64,000 nt of DNA from a virus, in the IMG/VR virus record IMGVR_UViG_3300010370_000027; one strand, 5' to 3'. A program made the translations under genes and the position numbers. Every line of letters starts with the position of its first letter. Position 1 is the stretch's first letter. Shown piece by piece: positions 8,845-18,665 of this stretch. The notes beneath the pieces are model-generated. The model was given only the letters and a program-made list of their open reading frames with translations, did no database searches and was not told the origin of the DNA.

Positions 8845-10024
8845 TCGAATCCTTCTTTCTGGGGGCTGCAATCTGCTTACCGCCGACGTGAGAAAGTACT
8901 TGAGCCTCAGCGTCGGCTGAGAGGCCAATTCTTCCGCCCTGCGTGAAGAACTTTACGCCTAGGTCGCTTTTTGGAGTGAATGTAAGAATTCCGTTATGAT
9001 ACCAAATTATACCTGCTGCTTCACCCATAGAGGCATTCACTGCTTGTTCACTTATCAATCGGTATAACTCAGCAACAGAAATTGAACCATAAGTTGATGG
9101 GTATGTATTGGAGAGAGCTCCTGCTATTTGAGGCAAAAGATTTGCGAAATCCTTCATGCCGAGTTCTGAAAATCTAGCGACATCTATGATTCCTGTTTTT
9201 GCAATCTGCTTCAATATAGGAGTATTGGTAATTAACTTTTCAGACGTAGACCCCATTTTACTTCCGACGCGAGGCTTTTCTTCTTTCACATGCCAGTTTT
9301 CTCCCATGACGTTCACGTCGTACGGACTGTTAGATCCGCCGAGCCTCGTTTCAGAGAACAACAGCGGCAAGACAAGCTCTCCCCTGCCAATCTGTGTTCC
9401 TGCAGAAACGGAAGTTCTTGTGTCTGCAAGCTCAAGAAGGGCATCAGGAACTGTAATTGTTCCTGTGGGCTTTCTTTCACTTTTATCTGAAAGAATCGCA
9501 GCTATCTCTGCGGGATAATTCTTAGAAAAGAACTTCTTCAGAAGAATTTGAATGGAAGCATTTTGAGGATAGCTTTCTTTCAGAAGATGCTCAATCTCAA
9601 TTGCAGTCTCGGGATAATCTGAGTAACCTTCGAGGTAGCTATCTGGTTCAAATTTCTTGACTCCGAGCTCTTTGCTAATGAAAGATCTCAGCAGCTCTAT
9701 CTTTTCATCCGGTATATCGTAATCTTCGTTGCCAATTTTTACTGCAGCCTCAGAAATATCCTCTGTTGCTTTTGCTTCCTTTTGGGCTTGACGTTTAGCA
9801 GATGCAAGCTCAGACTTTAATCTTGAGATTAAACGAGAATAGTTTGCACGAGCTTCAGAGCCTCTGCGCTGTTTGTCTCGCCAGCGTGCGAGATCAACAA
9901 TTCTCATCTCTAGATCACTTATATGCTCTTGTGAACCCCAAGGAGCTTTTCCATCGGTTGTGTCAGCCTCTCGAATTCTTGTCTCAACTAACAATTCTAT
10001 ATAATTTCTCAAATCTTCAGACAT
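8831..10024 (-). CDS. Leader-bearing protein with possible PD-(D/E)xK nuclease-like C-terminal domain
   Basis: MSEDLRNYIELLVE leader; GRGE...YDVNVMGENWHVKE. Confidence 0.5.
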   Translation of the reverse strand: MSEDLRNYIELLVETRIREADTTDGKAPWGSQEHISDLEMRIVDLARWRDKQRRGSEARANYSRLISRLKSELASAKRQAQKEAKATEDISEAAVKIGNEDYDIPDEKIELLRSFISKELGVKKFEPDSYLEGYSDYPETAIEIEHLLKESYPQNASIQILLKKFFSKNYPAEIAAILSDKSERKPTGTITVPDALLELADTRTSVSAGTQIGRGELVLPLLFSETRLGGSNSPYDVNVMGENWHVKEEKPRVGSKMGSTSEKLITNTPILKQIAKTGIIDVARFSELGMKDFANLLPQIAGALSNTYPSTYGSISVAELYRLISEQAVNASMGEAAGIIWYHNGILTFTPKSDLGVKFFTQGGRIGLSADAEAQVLSHVGGKQIAAPRKKDSNVKK

Positions 10025-10208
10025 CTGAGTCTCCGACGGCGTTTTTCATGGCAGCAATCAAGAAGTGCTTGATGTGAACGTCAGTAACGCTTTCTGCCTT
10101 TTCGAGATTAAAAGCTTCTCTGACTTTTTCTACGAGCTGTGTAGAAATTTCAACAGACGCGACCTGACCGCTCTTCATGGATAGTTCAACTTTTCTCGCT
10201 GGTATCAT
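10017..10208 (-). CDS. Small hypothetical protein
   Basis: Packed between neighbouring genes. Confidence 0.55.
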   Translation of the reverse strand: MIPARKVELSMKSGQVASVEISTQLVEKVREAFNLEKAESVTDVHIKHFLIAAMKNAVGDSDV

Positions 10209-10210
10209 CG

Positions 10211-10804
10211 TTACTTTTTCTTTGGAGAAATTGGTACAGGACCCGAAGTATCTTCTGAAGAAGGCTTCTTCTCAATCTTCTCTTTCTCCGGAGCCTTAAT
10301 GACGTTTGGCTTGATGGTTCTTTTTTCACCACTCACCTCTGACTTTTTCATCTCAACATTTGCTGGTTTGTCGCTTGGATCCGAGGCTTGTTCAGGTTCT
10401 ATCTCTCCTGTAACAATCTGAGACAATCCTTTTAGAAAAGCAAATAATGCTGTCCTTTCAGCAGCGCTGAGGCTGTTGACATATTCGTCCATCTTGCCAG
10501 ATATCGCAGAATCTTTAAAGGACTTTCCCGACCGAATGGTGTTAAGCTTGTCAACTATGTCTTTTGTTGTAATTTCAGCCTTCTTGAGTTTTTCTTTCTC
10601 TGCATCGACCGTCTTTGATGCTGTGGGAGGCTCAGAAGCTGATTTTTGGTCTGTAGCTTCTTCGTCTTTTTCGCCAAGCATTGCCTGATGCTGCTTTTCT
10701 TCAGCAGCATTTCGGTAAAGTGAAGATTTTATACTCTCGTTTACTATCTCTTCGATAGCTTTTGATAGAGATTTACCCGTTTGAATCTTTAAGTGCTTTT
10801 CCAT
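10211..10804 (-). CDS. Hypothetical protein (putative internal head protein)
   Basis: ATACTTA upstream; LSKAIEEIVNES; IVDKLNTIRSGKS segment. Confidence 0.65.
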   Translation of the reverse strand: MEKHLKIQTGKSLSKAIEEIVNESIKSSLYRNAAEEKQHQAMLGEKDEEATDQKSASEPPTASKTVDAEKEKLKKAEITTKDIVDKLNTIRSGKSFKDSAISGKMDEYVNSLSAAERTALFAFLKGLSQIVTGEIEPEQASDPSDKPANVEMKKSEVSGEKRTIKPNVIKAPEKEKIEKKPSSEDTSGPVPISPKKK

Positions 10805-10827
10805 GAATCACCACTTGATAAGTATGA

Positions 10828-11220
10828 TCAGACTTTAATTAGATCAACGCCAAGGACGCACATCTTATTTTGTCGATCAAGTTCCATTATTTTTGAAGAA
10901 ATAACTTGAAAAGGACCCTCCATACAAAATTCATCGTTGCCAAAACGCAAGTAAAGCACCCTGCAGGAAAGTCCGGAAGTCGAGAAGTTTTTAACAACGC
11001 TGTACGCTTCATTTAGGCTGACTTGTATATCAATTTTAGTGCTTGCTGTATTTTCAATAGAAATGCCCGAAAGACTTCCTACAATTAAATCAAAGTCAAA
11101 ATCAAGTGCCGCAACTACAAAAGATTCTTCGGCTGCAGAGATTGTTTCTTGGTCCAAGGATGGTAACATCCCAACCAAAGAATCGCTCATTATGAGTCTA
11201 TCAGTGTCATCTTGAATCAT
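10828..11220 (-). CDS. Hypothetical protein
   Basis: Overlapping ORF within the operon. Confidence 0.55.
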   Translation of the reverse strand: MIQDDTDRLIMSDSLVGMLPSLDQETISAAEESFVVAALDFDFDLIVGSLSGISIENTASTKIDIQVSLNEAYSVVKNFSTSGLSCRVLYLRFGNDEFCMEGPFQVISSKIMELDRQNKMCVLGVDLIKV

Positions 11221-11587
11221 GCGAAAGACTATACACTACGTCTTTGTATAGTTCATCTGCGTGCTTAGCATATTCTTTGTCAAGCTCTGTTATCTGGTTG
11301 AGATCGTGTGTCTGTAAAGTCAAGGTTACAGATTCGTACTGTATCGTCAAAGTAGCGTGATGACCAGTTTTTTCTTCATGAATTAAAAGCTGCCTTACGA
11401 AGTCGTTCCTTAATTCGTTAGAAATAAACTTAAAGGTCTTAATCAAAGAATTGTCTGATTTTTTCCATTTGTCAGTCGCTATAACAGGAACGTCTCTGCC
11501 TCGAGGCATCACGGGAAGACGCCCGAAGTCCATGGGACGACGGGCTCTGTCAAGAAACTCTTCGTGAAGCTGACGCAATTGTTTCAT
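11207..11587 (-). CDS. phhB: Pterin-4-alpha-carbinolamine dehydratase
   Basis: W....LIKTFKF...F....E..GHH...I.Y..V.L.LQTHD...ITELD. Confidence 0.85.
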   Translation of the reverse strand: MKQLRQLHEEFLDRARRPMDFGRLPVMPRGRDVPVIATDKWKKSDNSLIKTFKFISNELRNDFVRQLLIHEEKTGHHATLTIQYESVTLTLQTHDLNQITELDKEYAKHADELYKDVVYSLSHDSR

Positions 11588-12339
11588 AAGATGACACAGC
11601 CCCCAACAACTGCAGACTCTGTGAAGGAAGAACCGTGAGTCCAGACTTTTTTATTGCGGTCGACAACACACGAACCGCCTTTAAAATTAAGATCTCTCTC
11701 TTTTCCAACTCGATTGGACACGACTACGTTAGCAGCAGTTTCTTCAGCGAGCTCGACCCATGTTGAGTCCGGATAGCCGTAATCAGACCCCCAATTTGTA
11801 AGTAGTGCGATTGTGTCCACAGAGCCCTTCTTATAGAAGCGTTGTTCGTTCTTGTAGAACTTATATGTGTCTCTGTAATTGTTCATAACGTCACGGCAAA
11901 TAAGAACGCCTGTTCGTCCGGCTCTTGTGACAATAACTGGGTGTAACTGCTCTGAAGACTCAGCCCATAAGTTATCTGAGCCCCACAAATTATGCTTCTG
12001 ACAATTTCCTACAAGGCCTGTGGGACCAACGATTGCTGCTGAATTATAGAATTTACCTTCGCACGCCTCGACATACCCAAACACAATGTGCGTATTGAAA
12101 CGTCGTGCAATTGGAAGAAATGATTCCGTCTGATAGCCGTCTCTGTTCTGCGAGCAATCAGCAGCTTCACGCTTGTCGTTAAGAACATAACCACTGAGGC
12201 ACAACTCTGGGAGGACAACCAGAGATGCACCTTTTGCAGCTGCCTCAAATGCAAGCTGAGTCGCAATCTGTAAGTTTGCATAAACATCGTGCAATTCTGG
12301 CTTGAATTGCACAGCGGCTACGATCGGTGTTTGCATCAT
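11584..12339 (-). CDS. Carbon-nitrogen hydrolase (nitrilase superfamily)
   Basis: Glu-Lys-Cys triad: LPELCLSGY, QKHNL, LICRD; YNSA. Confidence 0.92.
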   Translation of the reverse strand: MMQTPIVAAVQFKPELHDVYANLQIATQLAFEAAAKGASLVVLPELCLSGYVLNDKREAADCSQNRDGYQTESFLPIARRFNTHIVFGYVEACEGKFYNSAAIVGPTGLVGNCQKHNLWGSDNLWAESSEQLHPVIVTRAGRTGVLICRDVMNNYRDTYKFYKNEQRFYKKGSVDTIALLTNWGSDYGYPDSTWVELAEETAANVVVSNRVGKERDLNFKGGSCVVDRNKKVWTHGSSFTESAVVGGCVIL

Positions 12340-13343
12340 TCCTCTTCAGCACATCTTGTGCAGATTCTTGGGAAGCCTTTGCCGCCGTTAGCCTCGTATT
12401 CCTTCTTGTCAGAAGATTTCATGTTCTTGCCGCAACTTGGGCACTTTGGACCAGCTTCTGTGGGCTTTGCGGGACCGGCAGCTTCTGAAACATCTGCCTT
12501 CATCTCTTTCTTAAGCTGCTTGTCAAGAAACTCTTTGAAACCATCGAGTTCAGACACAATATCGGGGTGATCGAGCATGAGCTGAACGTCAGCTGCAGTG
12601 AGTTCTCCCGAACCCTTTAGGAAATCGACATAGTCCTTCATCGCCATCAAGATTGTAATTTCGAGCTCCTCTGGTTCCATTGCTCCCAAGTACTTTGCCT
12701 TTGAAAGAGCTTTTTCAACAGCCTGCTTGGCACCCGACTCAGAAGCATATCCGAGATCCTGAGCTATCTGCTTGAAAGATGCACCGCCGATATCTGTCTG
12801 CATGACATTCTTGCGTTCGCGGCCAGCTGCGGGTGCGTCTGCCCTGACCATGGGGGCTGCATCCTCGTCGTCGCGCCACTTCGACATTGTTCCCTGTAGA
12901 TTTTTCTTACGCTTTTCAAGATTACGCATGTATTCACCGCCGTGAACACCCATTGGAATCTTCTTGACCGGTGGCAACTCTGCTTCTTTCAATATCTTTC
13001 TGATGGCAAGTCTGATAGTCTCTTCGACCTTCTTGTTGTCTTTCATTTCTTTGTCCTCTTCTGTGTCTTTAATAGCATCTTTCATCGCGTCAAAAACGTC
13101 TTCGACACAATTGTCAGAAATATCGTCAATCATGCCCGACAAGGCAACTTTAAGTTCTTTTCTATTCGCTGGTTTGAAATTTGGATTGCCCGGGTCTGTC
13201 GCGGCAGCAGAAGGATCAACTACAGCAGAAACAGAAGCAGGAGAATCTGAAAGATCGGTAGTAGACTGCCAACCGACGTTCGGATTCATCATCGTCTCTC
13301 TTATGAGTTCTCTAATTGCCTTTTCAGTCACGACGATTTTCAT
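12336..13343 (-). CDS. Leader-bearing protein with HTH-like segment and C-terminal Zn ribbon
   Basis: MKIVVTEKAIRELIRE; SFKQIAQDLGYASESGAKQAVEKAL; CPSC...CTRC. Confidence 0.6.
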   Translation of the reverse strand: MKIVVTEKAIRELIRETMMNPNVGWQSTTDLSDSPASVSAVVDPSAAATDPGNPNFKPANRKELKVALSGMIDDISDNCVEDVFDAMKDAIKDTEEDKEMKDNKKVEETIRLAIRKILKEAELPPVKKIPMGVHGGEYMRNLEKRKKNLQGTMSKWRDDEDAAPMVRADAPAAGRERKNVMQTDIGGASFKQIAQDLGYASESGAKQAVEKALSKAKYLGAMEPEELEITILMAMKDYVDFLKGSGELTAADVQLMLDHPDIVSELDGFKEFLDKQLKKEMKADVSEAAGPAKPTEAGPKCPSCGKNMKSSDKKEYEANGGKGFPRICTRCAEEE

Positions 13344-13624
13344 TTAGCGCTCGATTCAGTGGTCCAACGTCTTCCAAAATAGAGACCAAGTGTAGGTATT
13401 AGATATGCGCTTGCTGCGCCTGCATCAAAGGGTCTAATTGTAATAGGTCCAATCTTTTCAAAGACTGAAGCGATGTAAACCGCAGTGGTTACAAAAAAAG
13501 AAATTGTCGCAAATGTTGCTGACATGGACGGATTTCCGGTCGTGTCATTAATCCAAAATTTTGAAACATTTGATTGCTTGTCAGGTGAAGCAACAGGCTC
13601 CCTTAATGTAGCGTCGTCTGTCAT
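13340..13624 (-). CDS. Small two-TM membrane protein (holin candidate)
   Basis: Two hydrophobic helices and a basic C-terminal YFGRR. Confidence 0.5.
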   Translation of the reverse strand: MTDDATLREPVASPDKQSNVSKFWINDTTGNPSMSATFATISFFVTTAVYIASVFEKIGPITIRPFDAGAASAYLIPTLGLYFGRRWTTESSAK

Positions 13625-13659
13625 GTTAGGACCTCTGTATGTTAAGTATTATCTAGAGG

Positions 13660-14160
13660 TCAATTAACGACCTGACCCACTGCATAGGCTGTTGCAATTG
13701 TAAAAATCATTGCACTTGCAAATCCCAGCCCAAACCAAGTCGCTCTATTGGGCGTAGATTCTTTTAGCGTGTTTACTTCTTCCTGCTTTTCTTTTATCTC
13801 TTTTTCAAGAACTTGAATTCTCTCATCTCTTGATTCGATTTGTGCATGTTGCACACTCTTTGCAGAATCACATCTCGTTTCTTGCTCTTTAAGATCAAAG
13901 AGCATCTTTGCCTGAGAGATCCTTACAGCAGTATCAACTTCAAGTCGAATACGATCTTCAAAAGTCATATATTCAGTAGCTATTTTTACGGCGGCGCTGG
14001 GAGTAAGTAGTACTCCTGGGAAGGGTGCCGCTTGTCCTTTTGACATGGGATAAATTAGGGCAAGATCAGAGCCTAGTTGAATTTCAGGTTTTACCTCTTG
14101 TGCAGAAGACAAAGAAGAAAATAGAAAAAATAACAACACGTATCTACTAAGGTTTTTCAT
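13660..14160 (-). CDS. Secreted coiled-coil protein with C-terminal TM (spanin-like candidate)
   Basis: Signal peptide ending SSA-Q, coiled coil, C-terminal hydrophobic helix. Confidence 0.45.
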   Translation of the reverse strand: MKNLSRYVLLFFLFSSLSSAQEVKPEIQLGSDLALIYPMSKGQAAPFPGVLLTPSAAVKIATEYMTFEDRIRLEVDTAVRISQAKMLFDLKEQETRCDSAKSVQHAQIESRDERIQVLEKEIKEKQEEVNTLKESTPNRATWFGLGFASAMIFTIATAYAVGQVVN

Positions 14161-14161
14161 A

Positions 14162-14575
14162 TTACTTTTTCTCAGATGGAATTAGAACAGGTATTCCCGT
14201 TATTCTCCCAAGCTCACTCGAAAGACCCGTGGGATCACCCTTGTATTTTTCCAAGAGCTTCTTGCTTGTCTCTTCTTTTACTCTCTCCAGCTCCTTGAGC
14301 TTCTCTTCATGTCTGATCAGGGAAGCATCAAGGTCTTCTTGCAGCTTTTTTAAGTTTTTCTCGTGCTGCTTTCTTTCTTGATCTTGAGCTTCAAGTATCT
14401 TTTTCATCTCAGCATCATGAATCACTTGAATTTCTTTTATCTTCGTTGAAAAATCTTCTCTCTCGTTCTTGAATTGAGAAAATACATGATTGAAGAAAGA
14501 AACTACAATCAAAACTACCGCAATGGGTAGCAGAGCCGGCTTCAGAAATTCATAGAGGCTTTTCAAGATTAACAT
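14162..14575 (-). CDS. N-terminally anchored coiled-coil protein (i-spanin-like candidate)
   Basis: One N-terminal TM then a long charged coiled coil. Confidence 0.45.
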   Translation of the reverse strand: MLILKSLYEFLKPALLPIAVVLIVVSFFNHVFSQFKNEREDFSTKIKEIQVIHDAEMKKILEAQDQERKQHEKNLKKLQEDLDASLIRHEEKLKELERVKEETSKKLLEKYKGDPTGLSSELGRITGIPVLIPSEKK

Positions 14576-14582
14576 TTGCGGA

Positions 14583-14897
14583 TCAATTTGGCTTTTCTGT
14601 TTTCGGCTTGCCTACTGCAGGAAGAGAAGATTCAAGATCTGAATCAGCCTTTAGCTTCTTTAAAAGGTATTCTTGAACTGTGTACAGATCGCTTATTGCT
14701 TTGTTTTGGTTGTCTATGGCGCTTATAATAGACTCCAGCGACTTCATAACTTGCGCAATTTGCTGTGCCAAAATGGAAACAGCCTTAGAAAGCATGTCAA
14801 CGTCTTGCGGTAGTTCTGCACTCTTTTTCAAGAGAGTCGTTAGAAACGTCAGCAAGCCGTCGTTTTTTTCATTCGGGGGAGGATTGTTTGTTGTCAT
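14583..14897 (-). CDS. Coiled-coil hypothetical protein
   Basis: Start set at MTTNN; heptad pattern. Confidence 0.55.
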   Translation of the reverse strand: MTTNNPPPNEKNDGLLTFLTTLLKKSAELPQDVDMLSKAVSILAQQIAQVMKSLESIISAIDNQNKAISDLYTVQEYLLKKLKADSDLESSLPAVGKPKTEKPN

Positions 14898-15177
14898 CTG
14901 AATCTTCAAGAAGATTGTACAATATCTCGCTGTTAATATCGACAATCTTTTGATTTTTATCTAGCTTTTCAAGGCTAGATAGCAGTTTTTTCTTTGCAAT
15001 CTTTTCAAGAAACTTTTCAGACTTGACACTGTCAGAAATTGCTAGCTCAGCTGCTTCTTGAAACAAATCCTGCATTGTGATTCCGTGCTTAAAGAGCTTT
15101 TCTCTGAGAAAAGTATGTGTTTCTCTAGAGAGTTTAACATGAACACTTTTTCTATTGAAAAAAATGTCAGTTCTCAA
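14869..15177 (-). CDS. Possible ribbon-helix-helix DNA-binding protein
   Basis: KSVHVKLSRETHTFLREKLFKHGITMQDLF. Confidence 0.5.
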   Translation of the reverse strand: MRTDIFFNRKSVHVKLSRETHTFLREKLFKHGITMQDLFQEAAELAISDSVKSEKFLEKIAKKKLLSSLEKLDKNQKIVDINSEILYNLLEDSDDNKQSSPE

Positions 15178-15695
15178 GCAGCTCCCCCACCAGACATGGG
15201 ACCAGCAGCACCTGCTTTTGGAGATTGAATTTCATCTTCTTTTTCAGATTCAGACTGGCCTATCTCTATTCCATAGGATTCGAGTAATTCATCTTTGAAA
15301 GACTGCAGTGCATCGCCCTCGTAATTGCCAGAAAGATAATTCGCAGCCCTACGAAGAATGGTGTTCTTAATTTCAAGAAGTGACTCGTAGTTATCAACAA
15401 GACGCATCACATCAGAAACAAAAGAACCCATGTTTATGTCTTCAAGCTTTGCTTTCTCAGGCACTTTTGCCTCGTCCTTGCCTTCGTCGTCAGCCTCTAT
15501 AAGCTTCCGCCAGTCCCAAGTCATCCGCTCATAAGAGGCGGATTCAAATTTTGTCTGGCTTTCTTCCTTTGCTTGAGATTCATACTGCGAAAGATATTTG
15601 TCGATCTGAGAATCGACAGAATCTTCTCCCGCTTCTTTCTTTGGCGTTTCTTCTGCTTCTCGAAGAAGACGTGCAAGTTCTTTTAGAGAACTCAT
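15174..15695 (-). CDS. Acidic hypothetical protein with shared leader
   Basis: MSSLKELARLLREAEE; DSVDSQIDKYL. Confidence 0.65.
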   Translation of the reverse strand: MSSLKELARLLREAEETPKKEAGEDSVDSQIDKYLSQYESQAKEESQTKFESASYERMTWDWRKLIEADDEGKDEAKVPEKAKLEDINMGSFVSDVMRLVDNYESLLEIKNTILRRAANYLSGNYEGDALQSFKDELLESYGIEIGQSESEKEDEIQSPKAGAAGPMSGGGAA

Positions 15696-16420
15696 TACTT
15701 CACCACCGTTGCAATGGCCTCTGCCTTCTTAAATCTATCTTCAATGACAGTCCAGTTGAATTCACGCATCTGTGCTATGAGGTAGCTCTTCTTGTCAGTA
15801 AGATAGTCCTTGTAGTAAGCATGCTCCCACATGTCGACGACGATGAGGGGATAGAATCCAACTGGAACATCTCCGCTGTGGTGTGAGACCATAAAGTTCA
15901 CGTACTTCTTCAGAAACATGTGGTAACCGAGAACTGCCCAGCCGCTGCCCGCTGACAATGCACATGCCATGAAATCACGCTGCCAGTCATCAAACGTTCC
16001 AAAGTCTCTCTCAAGTTTTAGGTAAGAAAGAGAATCCATCACAACTTCGCTGTGGGGATCAAAGCAGTTTGCGAAGTAGAGTTCGTGTAGCCACGTTGCA
16101 TTGAGGTTGTAGGTCTCGTCGAGCTTAAGAGAACGATAGTCTGAGTGACGTGAGTTGACTTCAGTTCTGTTTGCTGTGTCTAACTTCGCAGAAACTTTAT
16201 TCAGAGAATCAACATAGCCCTTATAGAGATCAACATGTGAATCTTTTGTTTTTTGAGAAACGAACTCCGAGACTTGCTTGAAAGGTTTTGGCTCCGCCAC
16301 GTACGATTCATCAAGCGGCTCTGGTAGAACTTTCTCTTTCTTAAAGTGATCTTTGATGCTCTTTTTGATGATGCCGTCGACGTCGACGCCTGTCAACAAG
16401 TTTTTCTTATCATATGACAT
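15695..16420 (-). CDS. sod: Fe/Mn superoxide dismutase with N-terminal extension
   Basis: HVDLYKGYV, LHELYF, GSGWA, DMWEHAYY; start at MSYDKK after GGAGA. Confidence 0.92.
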   Translation of the reverse strand: MSYDKKNLLTGVDVDGIIKKSIKDHFKKEKVLPEPLDESYVAEPKPFKQVSEFVSQKTKDSHVDLYKGYVDSLNKVSAKLDTANRTEVNSRHSDYRSLKLDETYNLNATWLHELYFANCFDPHSEVVMDSLSYLKLERDFGTFDDWQRDFMACALSAGSGWAVLGYHMFLKKYVNFMVSHHSGDVPVGFYPLIVVDMWEHAYYKDYLTDKKSYLIAQMREFNWTVIEDRFKKAEAIATVVK

Positions 16421-16688
16421 ATTCATTCTCCAATGTGTCTTTGTCGACAATAAAGTTTTTACCTTCGGGTGACTTCAGAATGGCATCCTTGGGGCCGACT
16501 GAAACGAGTGTATAAAGCAAGCCTGATTTTTTATGTGTTAGCTTTAGCTCGGGAGAAAGAAGCGGCTTTTCTTTTCCGTCTACTTTGCCTTTAAAGACTG
16601 CATCTACTTCTTCGGCAAGTGTAGCTAGCTTTGCTTCCCACTCTTCTCTCATAATCTTAACAATATCTGATTCTTCAAGCTTCTTCAT
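16410..16688 (-). CDS. Hypothetical protein with shared leader (IVKIMREE)
   Basis: ATATTTA upstream. Confidence 0.65.
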   Translation of the reverse strand: MKKLEESDIVKIMREEWEAKLATLAEEVDAVFKGKVDGKEKPLLSPELKLTHKKSGLLYTLVSVGPKDAILKSPEGKNFIVDKDTLENEYVI

Positions 16689-17115
16689 GACTACCACTAA
16701 ATATAACGTCAGAAAATCTATTTACGATAATGCCGCATGTTCGCAATATAGTGAGACCAGAAGAATCTCTGTATTCTTGATCGTAAACAACTTCTGATAT
16801 ATTTGCATTGACTATTAGTTTGGCACACTGTTGACACGGAGAGTGCGTTAAGTACATTATCTTCTTGCGATTGAAGTTATAATCACACTTGACTATAGCA
16901 TTTACTTCAGCGTGAATGAAACCCGACTGTCCTGGGTCAACTGAGTCAGGTTCATGTGGTCCGCCTCTATAGTTACCGTTATACCCGAGTGCTAGTAATC
17001 GAGTATTATCATCAGAAACTACTATTGCGCCAACTTTGAGACGTGTATCATAAGATCTCTCAGCTACGGTTTTTGCAATATTCATCCAAGTCTGGTGCCA
17101 TGTAGGTCTACTCAT
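16675..17115 (-). CDS. dCMP deaminase
   Basis: RPTW, KVGA, GYNG, HAEVNA, SPCQQC. Confidence 0.92.
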   Translation of the reverse strand: MSRPTWHQTWMNIAKTVAERSYDTRLKVGAIVVSDDNTRLLALGYNGNYRGGPHEPDSVDPGQSGFIHAEVNAIVKCDYNFNRKKIMYLTHSPCQQCAKLIVNANISEVVYDQEYRDSSGLTILRTCGIIVNRFSDVIFSGSHEEA

Positions 17116-17690
17116 TTTGGAGCCTTGACAATGTGTTGAAATAGTTCTGGGAAGTGCTGGGCGCAACGGGGCTCATATAGCTCTGAGCCGCCAACTTCGA
17201 TCTCTTCTCCACCCATTTGCTTCTTGTGGGTGAAATGAGCGTCTCTTCCGCATATCGTGCAAACAGCGGTGCATTTATGAACCTGTGTAGCCCAGGGAAG
17301 CATCTTCTCTATTTCGTGAAATGTTTTACCAGACGAAGACATCTCAAGAGATGAAACAACGATTGTAAAGCCATATGTGTAAAGCCATATTAGCGTTTCT
17401 GCTGCGCCGGGTATCATGAAGGCTTCGTCTACTGCAACGACTTGTGGTTCGTTTTCTAGACTTGTCAAGTACTCAAGGATTTCTGCGCCAGTTTTTACAC
17501 AAACAGCAGGTATACTACGCCCTCCGTGAGTAACGACATCACTCACGCTGTATCTGTCGTCAATATTAGGCTTGAAAATTTCAATCTTTTTGTGCTGATA
17601 CTTATATTTTTCAAGCGTAGTAAGAAGGCTGCTGGTCTTCGAAGAGAACATCGGGCCGCAGTAGACTATGAATTCTGGATTTGCTAGCAT
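17112..17690 (-). CDS. tdk: Thymidine kinase
   Basis: GPMFSSKT, VDEAF, CTIC, IEVGG.ELYEPRC. Confidence 0.93.
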   Translation of the reverse strand: MLANPEFIVYCGPMFSSKTSSLLTTLEKYKYQHKKIEIFKPNIDDRYSVSDVVTHGGRSIPAVCVKTGAEILEYLTSLENEPQVVAVDEAFMIPGAAETLIWLYTYGFTIVVSSLEMSSSGKTFHEIEKMLPWATQVHKCTAVCTICGRDAHFTHKKQMGGEEIEVGGSELYEPRCAQHFPELFQHIVKAPK

Positions 17691-18655
17691 TTCTTGACCT
17701 CATAGTCCTTGACTGTGTTCCAATTTTTCTCATACCACTCAATTGTTCTATCAAGACCTTCCCAAAATTTAACTACAGGTACGTATCCCAGCTTTTCTTT
17801 TATGTCATCAAGTGCCGCCTGAGTGTGCATAACATCGCCTGCTCGCCAAGGTGCAGAATGATGTTTTGCGTCTGGGTATTTCTTTTTAAGATATTCTAGT
17901 ATGTCCTTGTTGGAAGTTCTCTCTCCGCATGCAACATTAAAGCAGCTTGCTTCAGTCTTTTCAGTTGAAATTGCTGCTCTATAGCATGCATCGACTACGT
18001 TATCTACGTAACATAAGTCTCTTGTCTGCGTTCCATCACCGTCAGACCTCATGGAATTTCCTCGCATTATCGCTGTCATCCAGGCTGACACTGCTGTAGA
18101 ATACGGAGAATTACCAAGCTGTCTGGGACCGAAGACATTAAAAAACCGCAGACTAATGGAATCTAGTTCGTAATGCATCCAATATTGCTTTAGATAGTCT
18201 TCTATGATTGACTTTTGCAAAGCATAGGGTGACTTTGGATTCTTTTGGTAGGTGGTTGGCGTGGGTAGAACATCAGCTCCTCCATAAACGGAAGAAGAAG
18301 ATGCAAATACAAATCTTGTTATATTGCCTCTGCAAGCTTCTATCAGTTCAAGCGTCTTCGTTACATTTGTCTCGTGAGTAAAAACGGGATGATCGACAGA
18401 AAAAGACACACGAGGAATTGCAGCAAGGTGAAAAACATAATCATAGATGCCTGATCGAACTCTATCAAGCACTGTCTTTGATGCAAAATCATCAATCATA
18501 ACCGCGTCAGGCTTTAGAGAAGAGTTAATATTCTCTTTGTGACCAGACACGAGATTGTCAACAATATGAACTTCCCAGCCTTCTCTTACGAGCCTATCAG
18601 TCAGATGACTACCTATAAATCCAGCTGCCCCAGTTATTAACGCTCTTTTCGACAT
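17684..18655 (-). CDS. NAD-dependent NDP-sugar epimerase/dehydratase (GalE/WbpP-like)
   Basis: TGAAGFIGSHL, ASSSSVYG, YALQK, RFFNVFGPRQ, GDGTQTRD. Confidence 0.93.
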   Translation of the reverse strand: MSKRALITGAAGFIGSHLTDRLVREGWEVHIVDNLVSGHKENINSSLKPDAVMIDDFASKTVLDRVRSGIYDYVFHLAAIPRVSFSVDHPVFTHETNVTKTLELIEACRGNITRFVFASSSSVYGGADVLPTPTTYQKNPKSPYALQKSIIEDYLKQYWMHYELDSISLRFFNVFGPRQLGNSPYSTAVSAWMTAIMRGNSMRSDGDGTQTRDLCYVDNVVDACYRAAISTEKTEASCFNVACGERTSNKDILEYLKKKYPDAKHHSAPWRAGDVMHTQAALDDIKEKLGYVPVVKFWEGLDRTIEWYEKNWNTVKDYEVKKC

Positions 18656-18665
18656 GTTGTCCTCA

